From: an uncultured Klebsiella sp.
Lineage (GTDB): Bacteria; Chloroflexota; Chloroflexia; Chloroflexales; Roseiflexaceae
Length of the DNA: 64,000 nt
Direction: 5' to 3'
Assembly: GCA_964569955.1 (NCBI GenBank)
Contig: CAZMWB010000002.1
Location: 39,753 to 103,752 of the forward strand
The position numbers were made by a program, and so were the translations under genes. The notes under the pieces were generated by a model that searched no databases, was not told where the DNA came from, and saw only the letters and a list, made by a program, of their open reading frames with translations. This document shows, in pieces, positions 28,935 to 37,094 of the stretch. The number at the start of each line of letters is the position of its first letter. Position 1 is the stretch's first letter.

Positions 28935-30672
28935 CAGGCACTATCCTCAATGTCATACGTGCATAGGGTTGCAAAGAAATAACTGTGGACGTTGTCCGTG
29001 TATCTGCGAAGACGTAGCCGGGAATGGTTGTCGAGAGCCGAAGTGCATTAATATGATACCGCGAAGGATTCTCCACCTGCAGGGTGCGACCTGTTGTATC
29101 GTCCGCATAGACCGACCAGCGCACCGCGTTGATGTGCTGTAGTCGCGTGGTGATTTCGCGCAATGAGGCAACCCAGACATCACCGGCTTCTGCCACCGCA
29201 CCGACCACCGTTTGCCACGTGCGCCGTTGTTCACTGGTGACGACTTCTTCGGTATGCGCCCAAAAATCGATCATGCCATCACGACCACGAATCTTCTGCA
29301 ACATGTCGAGGGCACCTGCCTGCCGTTCCACGGTTAAATAGTAGTCTGGACAAGCCATGATGCGTTCATGTCCGGGCACCGGACGACACGTCGCATCGTC
29401 CGCAGAAACAATGTGGTATTGCGGTAGGCGTGGATTCCACGCAGTGCGTGTCACTGCCGTATAACCGGCTGCTTCGAGTGCCTGCCATGTATCATAGCGC
29501 ATACCGGCACTACTACTCCAGGGAAACGCCAGAGCCTGCGCAGGAGCAACGCCTTGTGTGGCAGCAATTTCGTTCCATGCAGCGATATCTGCGCGCCACT
29601 CGGCAGGAGATGCCAGCCCACCATAGAGATGACTAAACGTGTGACTCTGTATGTCGTGTCCCGCATTGCGCACTGGTTGTATCAGATCGCCAAAGTACCA
29701 GGCAGGATGCGTGTGGGTATCGCCATATGGATCACGCGCAAACCACGGCAATTGCACCCATGTGTCGCTCTGCCATCCGTTTGCTTGGCTCGCCCAACCA
29801 AACGTCGGATTCCCCATATAGCGTGTTTGTGCGCGATTTTCGCGTAAAAAGTTGTACCCATTCACAAAATACGTGGCCGGATAGCGGTATGGCGCAAATA
29901 ACTCGAGCGTGTTGGTCAACCCCTCACGCATCCGCATCCCGCGTAATTCGGGATCGAGGTTTGCAAGTGGGTCAATGGAACGCGAGTGCACCAAGCCACC
30001 CATTGCTGTTTCCCAATCGTACGAAAACGAAACTGCCGCCGTGTAAGGACTTGGCCATGGATGCACGATAATTCCCGTGGGTGGCGATGACGCAATTTGT
30101 GCACCGACGAGACTAGTGCGCACCGTGATTTGATCGAGATAAAGGCGATCATCGGATGCTGGCTCAACATGGATGTCGAGTGTTGTCGCAGTGTCAGGAG
30201 CATGGTCAATTTGTGTGTAGTGTGACCATGGGGCGCGGTCATCGGTGCCACCCCAGCGCCGTACCACTTGCCAATCTGCGTGGTGTTCGGCCACTACTCC
30301 CTGTGCATTGCGCCAAATCCAACGCGTGCGGATTGCGGTGGCTGACGGACTATCCGCCAACGCACGCAGTGACACGCAGTACCGTTGACCGGCATGGACG
30401 GGCATATCCAGCAACTGGAGTGAGGATGCAATCCCCAACATGTGTACAGAGGCGCCACCAGCCACACTGAACTCACCACGCCGCACACCGGGAGCCCCAG
30501 CTTGCCAACCAGCGGGAAACGTGGTCGTCATCTGGTCGAGTGCACGGTCATCACGAATCGTCTGTTGCCACGGATTCTGGCAGGCACGTTCGCGACTAAT
30601 CAGCCAAAAACTGGCAATCCCCCACACGCTGACAGCGATGATGATACTGGCAAAGAGAAATGGTTTGTGCAT
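28915..30672 (-). CDS. membrane-anchored polysaccharide deacetylase-like protein with an N-terminal CBM-like module
   Basis: N-terminal TM (FLFASIIIAVSVWGIASFWLI) and a beta-sandwich-like region ending 'RLYLDQITV'. NodB-like elements 'SFSYDWETAMGG' and 'HDIQSHTFSH' (H-[ST]-x-x-H). Confidence 0.55.
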   Translation of the reverse strand: MHKPFLFASIIIAVSVWGIASFWLISRERACQNPWQQTIRDDRALDQMTTTFPAGWQAGAPGVRRGEFSVAGGASVHMLGIASSLQLLDMPVHAGQRYCVSLRALADSPSATAIRTRWIWRNAQGVVAEHHADWQVVRRWGGTDDRAPWSHYTQIDHAPDTATTLDIHVEPASDDRLYLDQITVRTSLVGAQIASSPPTGIIVHPWPSPYTAAVSFSYDWETAMGGLVHSRSIDPLANLDPELRGMRMREGLTNTLELFAPYRYPATYFVNGYNFLRENRAQTRYMGNPTFGWASQANGWQSDTWVQLPWFARDPYGDTHTHPAWYFGDLIQPVRNAGHDIQSHTFSHLYGGLASPAEWRADIAAWNEIAATQGVAPAQALAFPWSSSAGMRYDTWQALEAAGYTAVTRTAWNPRLPQYHIVSADDATCRPVPGHERIMACPDYYLTVERQAGALDMLQKIRGRDGMIDFWAHTEEVVTSEQRRTWQTVVGAVAEAGDVWVASLREITTRLQHINAVRWSVYADDTTGRTLQVENPSRYHINALRLSTTIPGYVFADTRTTSTVISLQPYARMTLRIVPDDASLP

Positions 30673-31982
30673 TAGCGTATCTGAAACGGTTGGGTCGGTG
30701 CAATCAACTGTTGCACGACTGCGTGTTGATAGACGACGGGCAGACGTTCCACACTGTTGGCGGTGGCATCGTAGCGAATCACCCCAAACGTAAATTGTTG
30801 CCGTGACTCGCTGGGGTGATGTGGTGACGTCACCATCCGTTCGTAGTCACGGGGTGCACCCAGCAAATACTGACCATCAATCTGCTGGTAATAGCCTGCG
30901 AACGCATCGTGCACAGTCGCTTCAGTCCCCGCAAATCGCACCACGCTACGTTCCTCGATGACCGGGACGAGTTCACCCGTCATTGAGGGCAACTCGAGGG
31001 GAAGTGCGTAGACACTCTGCGTGTCTCTGGTCGGGTCGTATGCGAGGCGAATCGTAGCAAATTCCTGTACGGTGATGCCATCTTTGATAATCGGCATACC
31101 TATCGGCTGACCGAGGTGCGCAGCACCATATGCCTGCCAAAACCGCCACACCGGCAACGGCATGGTCACACCATCCACCGTCGTCTCGGTCAGGGGGGGA
31201 ATATATGCATCTGGTTGTGCAAGGAGTGCTTTGACCCCAGCCAGATTCCGCTCAAACTCGGGTTCATCGCCACTTTCGAGCTCAGGGATGATGGCCGGTA
31301 GTTCGACACCACGCGCCCAATCGTGCATGCCACCAGTAATCGGGTAATTTTCCCAGTAGCGCGCATATTCGTAATCACCAGCTTTGGCATACGCCTGCGC
31401 CATGGCAATTGCTACTGCGTCTTCACACTGTGCGGGAAAGACAAGCCCTGCCGCTGAGTGCAAAAAGACGACCGACGACGCATCGAGCAAAAATGACCGA
31501 ATCACACGACTTTCTATTTCAGAATCCGCATATGGCCCACCCGTATCAGAAATCACACCGGATGCACCATACACGCGTGTCGCCCAATCGTTTTCGGGAC
31601 AACGGTCGAGATTGGTGTTCATGTTGCGATTGAGGTCAACACCGTTGGCGTTCTGCCGAATATCGAGTTTTTCACCATCAGGATTCAACGTGGGGATGAT
31701 ATAGAGCCGCACATCGGCTGGCACATCTGCGGGATGGGCGGTAAACCATTCGATGAGCTGATTGCTGAGGACAAACGTGTTGCGCTCAGGACCACCATGT
31801 GTATCACCTACAACAACAAATTTACGCGCTCCACTACCAAAGCGCACGGCTTCGATGGGGGCACCGAGCACACTCGTTCCAATGGTGATACGATTCGTTG
31901 CCTGGGCAGCAATACGCGGAGCATGCGATATGGAAAGTGCTGCCAGCACAAGTATACAGCTCCAACAAATTGCAAACTTCAT
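30672..31982 (-). CDS. secreted M14 family zinc carboxypeptidase-like protein
   Basis: Signal peptide MKFAICWSCILVLAALSISHAPRIAAQA. Zn-site region 'VVGDTHGGPERNT', and 'NANGVDLNRNM' and 'FLHSAAG'. An extra C-terminal region of about 150 aa follows. Confidence 0.65.
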   Translation of the reverse strand: MKFAICWSCILVLAALSISHAPRIAAQATNRITIGTSVLGAPIEAVRFGSGARKFVVVGDTHGGPERNTFVLSNQLIEWFTAHPADVPADVRLYIIPTLNPDGEKLDIRQNANGVDLNRNMNTNLDRCPENDWATRVYGASGVISDTGGPYADSEIESRVIRSFLLDASSVVFLHSAAGLVFPAQCEDAVAIAMAQAYAKAGDYEYARYWENYPITGGMHDWARGVELPAIIPELESGDEPEFERNLAGVKALLAQPDAYIPPLTETTVDGVTMPLPVWRFWQAYGAAHLGQPIGMPIIKDGITVQEFATIRLAYDPTRDTQSVYALPLELPSMTGELVPVIEERSVVRFAGTEATVHDAFAGYYQQIDGQYLLGAPRDYERMVTSPHHPSESRQQFTFGVIRYDATANSVERLPVVYQHAVVQQLIAPTQPFQIR

Positions 31983-32146
31983 GCATGTTGCCTTAGTATC
32001 ATGTGGCGGCAGTGTCGCTGTTCATTATACCATTACTCCCTGCCGTAACACGCTTTTACATTACAGCATAGCGTATTTCAACACATTGATTCATCACGTT
32101 CTACCAAAATTTACATGATACAACGCTGAAATTCACCAAATTGGAT

Positions 32147-32176
32147 TTGACACTCAATATCGCATCATGCTATACT
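32147..32176 (+). promoter_or_regulatory. near-consensus sigma70 promoter for the tRNA-Ile/tRNA-Ala unit
   Basis: TTGACA (32147-32152), an 18-nt spacer, then TATACT (32171-32176). The tRNA starts 20 nt downstream. Confidence 0.7.
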
Positions 32177-32195
32177 ACCGTGCGTTGTGAGGTAA

Positions 32196-32272
<77 letters not shown>

Positions 32273-32288
32273 CAATCGTCGTTTTTTT

Positions 32289-32364
32289 GGGGCAATAGCT
32301 CAGTTGGGAGAGCGCCTGCTTTGCACGCAGGAGGTCTGGGGTTCGAATCCCCATTGCTCCACCA
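32289..32364 (+). tRNA. tRNA-Ala (anticodon UGC), CCA encoded
   Basis: Acceptor GGGGCAA/TTGCTCC with the G3:U70 Ala identity pair, anticodon loop TTTGCAC, and T arm TGGGG-TTCGAAT-CCCCA. Confidence 0.95.
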
Positions 32365-32377
32365 CCCCTACTTTTCT

Positions 32378-32701
32378 ATGCAATTTCATACCACGCTTAC
32401 ACAACACATTCAGCTTCGTGACGTTCGTTTCTACAAAGGAACGCTCTTCGAAAGTGAACACATGCTTGTCGGCATAGATTGCCTTGCAATTGGGCAATCA
32501 CAAGCGGCACACATGCATGCTGGCCACGATAAAATGTATTACATCCAACAGGGCATCGGTAGCTTTGTGGTTGGTAGCGAGTCATTTGTGGCGCATGTTG
32601 GCGATGTGGTATGGGCGCCTGCTGATACACTCCATGCCGTCACAAATACAGGCAATGAGCCACTCATCATGCTCATTACCATGGCGCCACAACCACGATG
32701 A
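32378..32701 (+). CDS. cupin domain protein
   Basis: Cupin motifs 'HMHAGHDKMYYIQQGIGSFVVG' and 'VWAPADTLHAVTN'. Start ATG 32378 (MQFHTTL). The track's longer N-terminus is read through the two tRNA genes. Confidence 0.7.
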   Translation: MQFHTTLTQHIQLRDVRFYKGTLFESEHMLVGIDCLAIGQSQAAHMHAGHDKMYYIQQGIGSFVVGSESFVAHVGDVVWAPADTLHAVTNTGNEPLIMLITMAPQPR

Positions 32702-33036
32702 ACACACTTCATTCACTCTACATGCATGTTGATGCGATTTGCCGCAAGCACCCTGATGCACAACGGTGGCGCGTCAGCATGCGCGAAGATGTGGTGGAGG
32801 TGCTACGCCGTCCCATCCTGACAAGTGACGTAACTCTAGGGGCACTAGGCATCGGTAATGCACCGATGCCCGTACCTCAACTCTGCTTTGAAATCACTGT
32901 CAATGCAGAAACCTGGTGTGTCAGCGATTACACGACACCCACACCTGAACGCCACACGTTCACCAATATGGCACAGTTGCGACAACAAATCGCCATGTTG
33001 ATTCAACGCTATCACTCCCCCTCAGAGAGCGCCTAG
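32698..33036 (+). CDS. hypothetical protein
   Basis: ATGA overlap with the cupin gene and protein-like composition. No motif recognised. Confidence 0.45.
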   Translation: MNTLHSLYMHVDAICRKHPDAQRWRVSMREDVVEVLRRPILTSDVTLGALGIGNAPMPVPQLCFEITVNAETWCVSDYTTPTPERHTFTNMAQLRQQIAMLIQRYHSPSESA

Positions 33037-33111
33037 CACTGCACCTCACGGACCTTTTCGCACCACCGCAACGGTACACACAATAGGAATTGTAGTGCCG
33101 AGGTGGTTGCT

Positions 33112-34536
33112 ATGCCGCTCCTCAGTCTTGTAGTTTGCGCATGGGTCATCGGCATGGTGTTGGTGGATGCACAATGCACACCACTCGCACTCGCGTTGGC
33201 TGCAACAGCACTCATCATCGCCGTGTATATGCGGGCTCGCCCCATCGGCTACATCACCGCTGCACTTTGTGCCGGTGTAATCCGCATGAGCCTGGCACTC
33301 AGCGACCCGCCACCCGCCCCCACTTTGCCAGATTGGTACTGCGTAACTACACGGACTCAGTCTTGGCAATCTCAACAACTCATTGCGGTCAACCAACGGC
33401 ACGCAGGGATACAAATCGAACTGCCGCGTGACCCCGTCCTCGTCATCGGAGATTGTGTGTACCTTGTGGGCACACTCCAACCGATGACATCGAAACATGC
33501 GAGTTATTTGCGGCAAATGCAACGCCAACACGTCACCCATCGCGTCCAGCAAGCAACGGTAATTGCGGTGCATGCGCCGCCACAGTGGCGACATCGCCTC
33601 GAACACTGGCGCCTGAACAGCGATGCACTCATTCAGCAATGGATACGAGAACCGACCGCGACAATTATGGCGGGGATGTTGCTCGGTATTGATGGAGATG
33701 TCACCCAAGCCGTTAGCGATGCGTTCAAACGGAGTGGTACGACGCACATGCTCGTCATCAGTGGGTGGAATATTTCGATAGTGGCCTGGTTGTGTGTGAC
33801 GATTACTCAACGCATGGCACATCGTGTACGGTTCCGCATGTTGTTTGTGATCGCCTGCATCGTCATCTACGTACTAGCCGCAGGCGCGTCGGCGGCAGTG
33901 GTTCGAGCTGGCATCATGGGATGCGTGGCGGTTATCGGCAAAGGCATGCAGCGTCCCCGCCATGCCGTCAATCTAATTGCCGTGGCCACGTTGACCATGA
34001 GTTGCATTGATACCAGTGTATTGTGGGATTTGGGCTTTCAACTGAGTACACTGGCCACACTCGGATTGATTCTCTTTGGCGAGTCCGTTGATCATGGTAT
34101 TCACCAAAGCGCCCTAGCACACCCGAGCTTTGCGTGGATGCGCGAAAGTATTGTGGCCACACTTGCTGCACATATCACCACATGGCCGATTATGCTTTTT
34201 CGATTAGGGACACCCTCTCCTTGGAGCATTCTTGCAAACGTGATAGCAGCGCCCGTCGTACCCGTCGCCATGGCAATTGGCACCATCGTACTCATCATGG
34301 CGTGGCTACTGCCATGGGGCATGCCAGTCCTGCATTGGCTCGTCTATCCACCGTTTCTGTGGATTATCACCTGTAGTGTGGTCATGGCCACGTTGCCTGC
34401 ACCGCCATCATGGCACTTTGACGCACCGTGGCTCGAATTATGTGGACATGCTGCTTGGGTGGCGTGGGTGATAGTACATCACCGGCACCAGCTCGTTGCT
34501 ACACTCTGCCATGATGAAAGTGGTATAGTATCGTAG
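33112..34536 (+). CDS. comEC: ComEC/Rec2 family channel protein, short form without a C-terminal MBL domain
   Basis: Polytopic protein. 'TTHMLVISGWNISIV' matches the competence-domain core. Start ATG 33112 follows an AGGTGG RBS, and the track's start at 33103 is GTG. The ORF ends at 474 aa with no HxHxDH motif. Confidence 0.7.
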   Translation: MPLLSLVVCAWVIGMVLVDAQCTPLALALAATALIIAVYMRARPIGYITAALCAGVIRMSLALSDPPPAPTLPDWYCVTTRTQSWQSQQLIAVNQRHAGIQIELPRDPVLVIGDCVYLVGTLQPMTSKHASYLRQMQRQHVTHRVQQATVIAVHAPPQWRHRLEHWRLNSDALIQQWIREPTATIMAGMLLGIDGDVTQAVSDAFKRSGTTHMLVISGWNISIVAWLCVTITQRMAHRVRFRMLFVIACIVIYVLAAGASAAVVRAGIMGCVAVIGKGMQRPRHAVNLIAVATLTMSCIDTSVLWDLGFQLSTLATLGLILFGESVDHGIHQSALAHPSFAWMRESIVATLAAHITTWPIMLFRLGTPSPWSILANVIAAPVVPVAMAIGTIVLIMAWLLPWGMPVLHWLVYPPFLWIITCSVVMATLPAPPSWHFDAPWLELCGHAAWVAWVIVHHRHQLVATLCHDESGIVS

Positions 34537-34565
34537 AAAGGGAATTCCACAGAGAGGGGTATATC

Positions 34566-35321
34566 ATGCGTGATGGAGCGCATTCACGATACCATGCCAT
34601 TGCTGGCGTATTCGTTCACATCTACACGGCCGCAGGTGCCATTCTTGCCATGTTGATGATCATGGAATCCGTGCGTGGGAATCCGGTCATGGCGTTGTGG
34701 TATGGCTTTGCTGCAGTATTCATTGATAGTACCGATGGGACACTTGCACGCCGATTCAAAGTCAGTGAAACTGTTCCTTGGTTTGATGGACGCCGCCTCG
34801 ACGACATTGTTGACTATTTGACTTACGTTTTCGCGCCGGTAGTACTCCTCTGGCAAAACGGATTTTTACCCGAAGGCGTCACAGGCCAAGTCATAGCCAT
34901 GCTCCCGCTATTTGCTTCAGCGTATCAATTTTGTCGTGTCGATGCCAAAACCGATGATTACCATGTTGTTGCCGAAGACCACTTCTTTCTCGGTTTCCCC
35001 AGTTACTGGAACGTGATTGCCTTCTACGCAGTCGTCATGCAACTCAACCCAGAGCTCGTAACGATGATTATCGTGATTTGCTCTATCCTCGTATTTATTC
35101 CCATCCGTTATGTATACCCATCACGCACGCTGTTTTTACGACGAGTCACCTTAATCTACACCACCCTTTGTACCATCATCTATGGCATTGCATTGTGGCA
35201 AATGCCTACCCCCAGCCCATGGTTGTTGGTCATCTCGTTGTCGTATGTGGTGTATTACTTGGTGGTCAGCCTTTACATGACTGCACGCATGATGATTCCT
35301 TCATTGGCAGCACGGGCATAA
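34566..35321 (+). CDS. CDP-alcohol phosphatidyltransferase, phosphatidylcholine synthase (Pcs)-like
   Basis: 'DSTDGTLARRFKVSETVPWFDGRRLDDIVDYLTYVFAP' fits D-G-x2-A-R-x(n)-G-x3-D-x3-D. 'VHIYTAAGA', 'KTDDY...FLGFPSYWNV' and 'FIPIRYVYPSR' resemble rhizobial Pcs as I remember it. Confidence 0.6.
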   Translation: MRDGAHSRYHAIAGVFVHIYTAAGAILAMLMIMESVRGNPVMALWYGFAAVFIDSTDGTLARRFKVSETVPWFDGRRLDDIVDYLTYVFAPVVLLWQNGFLPEGVTGQVIAMLPLFASAYQFCRVDAKTDDYHVVAEDHFFLGFPSYWNVIAFYAVVMQLNPELVTMIIVICSILVFIPIRYVYPSRTLFLRRVTLIYTTLCTIIYGIALWQMPTPSPWLLVISLSYVVYYLVVSLYMTARMMIPSLAARA

Positions 35322-35325
35322 CACA

Positions 35326-37074
35326 ATGGAACAGACATCCGGGTTGCGCACCCTTCTCCCATATGGGCGTCCCTATCGCGGTCTACTCATCCTCGGCACG
35401 TTTTACGCGTTTGTAGGCGCTGCAGCAAGTGCCTTCAACCCGGTAGTACTTGGATACGCCATTGATGCCCTGCTCCTCAAAATAGACCAATGGGAGCTCA
35501 TCACTTACGCTGGACTGATTATCGTTCTCACAGTGATTCTCGCCGTGTTTCGCTACTTGCTACGCATGCTCACAGGAACAATGGCTGCGGGTGTTAGCTA
35601 TACCATGGCTCAAGACCTCTACAAGCATATTCTCACGTTTGACCGGACAACACAGGCCGAATTTGGCACAGGCGACCTCCTTTCACGGGCTTCGAGTGAC
35701 TTCATCTATATTTGGCGTTTCTACAGTGCTGGCTTTCAGATGGCGATTCACGCTATCTTTTTACTGCTTATCGGCTGTGGACTGATGGCAGTTACCAGTG
35801 TGCCACTTGCAGTTGTCACTGTGGTCATGTTGGTGCTCAGTCTAATTGCACAAACACGTCTCGCGGTCTACGTAGAGGATGCCTTCAACCTCGTACAACA
35901 GCGTTTAGCAAGTATTTCTGCATTTGCCCAAGAACACATCTCTGCACAACGCACATTGGCTGCATACACGCTTGAAAACCCGAGTAGTGATGCATTCCGC
36001 AAGTTGAGTAACGAATATGCGGATGAATCTATTCGCTTCGTACTTTTTTCGAGTGCCATCGCACCACTGCCCCAGCTGGTTGTGCGCCTTGCAGCCACTG
36101 TGGTAGTAGCATATGGCGTAGTATTGATTATCAACCAACAGTTGAGTATCGGGCAGTATGTCCAGTTCATTGTCTATCTCGGACTACTGAGTAATGCGGC
36201 CAATCAATTGAGTAGTGCATTTGAACGTCTCCAACAAGGAAGTGCTGCTGCTGCGCGTATTGGCGATGTTATCAATCGTGTACCGCAAGTGCGCAACCAC
36301 CCACAAGCCACCCACCACTTTCCTACCGGTCGTATCGTGTTGGACAACGTCACCTGGCAACAAGGACAACAGTATTTGCTCAACAACGTGAGTGTGACGA
36401 TCACCAAAGGGATGCATATCGGGGTGGTCGGTTTGACTGGTGCGGGTAAAAGCAGTCTGTTGAGTGTCATCTTGCGCCTGCGCGACCCAGATAGTGGTCG
36501 CATTTTGTTTGACGATGTGGATGCGAAAACAATTGATTTAGCCACACTCCGCAGTGGATTAGCGTATGTGCCTCAAGAACATATTTTGTTTAGCATGACA
36601 CTACGTGAAAACATCATGCTGGGAACTCCGCAGGCAACGGCCAAACAACTCGAAGACGCACTGCGCGTCTCTTGTTTGGATCGTGACATTGCGCAACTGG
36701 CCAACGGGCTTGAGACGTTGATTGGGGAACGCGGCACCATGCTCTCTGGTGGCCAAAAACAACGCCTCGGTATTGCACGAGCACTCATTACCGACGCCCC
36801 CATCATGCTTTTTGACGATGCGTTATCCAACATTGATGCGCGGACTGCGTATGACATCGTCGTCGGTGTGACTGCCTATAGGGCTGGAAAAACGACGATC
36901 ATGGTAAGTCAAAAAATTTCATCCGTACGCCATCTGGACGCCATCATGGTCTTGGACAACGGTGCACTCGTCGAATACGGGACGCATCAAGAACTAGTGG
37001 CACACCACGGCATCTATGCTGAACTCTTTGAACGTGAACTCGCGCAGCGCAATGAGCTGAGCACTGAACGTTGA
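35326..37074 (+). CDS. ABC exporter, fused TMD-NBD half-transporter (MsbA-like)
   Basis: Six N-terminal helices. Walker A 'GLTGAGKSS', signature 'LSGGQKQRLGIARA' and Walker B 'IMLFDDALS'. Confidence 0.85.
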   Translation: MEQTSGLRTLLPYGRPYRGLLILGTFYAFVGAAASAFNPVVLGYAIDALLLKIDQWELITYAGLIIVLTVILAVFRYLLRMLTGTMAAGVSYTMAQDLYKHILTFDRTTQAEFGTGDLLSRASSDFIYIWRFYSAGFQMAIHAIFLLLIGCGLMAVTSVPLAVVTVVMLVLSLIAQTRLAVYVEDAFNLVQQRLASISAFAQEHISAQRTLAAYTLENPSSDAFRKLSNEYADESIRFVLFSSAIAPLPQLVVRLAATVVVAYGVVLIINQQLSIGQYVQFIVYLGLLSNAANQLSSAFERLQQGSAAAARIGDVINRVPQVRNHPQATHHFPTGRIVLDNVTWQQGQQYLLNNVSVTITKGMHIGVVGLTGAGKSSLLSVILRLRDPDSGRILFDDVDAKTIDLATLRSGLAYVPQEHILFSMTLRENIMLGTPQATAKQLEDALRVSCLDRDIAQLANGLETLIGERGTMLSGGQKQRLGIARALITDAPIMLFDDALSNIDARTAYDIVVGVTAYRAGKTTIMVSQKISSVRHLDAIMVLDNGALVEYGTHQELVAHHGIYAELFERELAQRNELSTER

Positions 37075-37094
37075 AACGCATTTGAGAGTCCACT

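Noticed and set aside
32273-32288. T7 tract between tRNA-Ile and tRNA-Ala as a terminator
   Set aside because: No dedicated GC-rich hairpin precedes it other than the tRNA itself, and the downstream tRNA-Ala has no promoter of its own. It is more likely just a processing spacer.
33046-33822. 258-aa ORF on the minus strand
   Set aside because: It lies entirely antisense to the ComEC gene, whose frame carries a recognisable family motif and regular TM helices. The antisense product is Cys/His/Arg-rich with no motif and no RBS.
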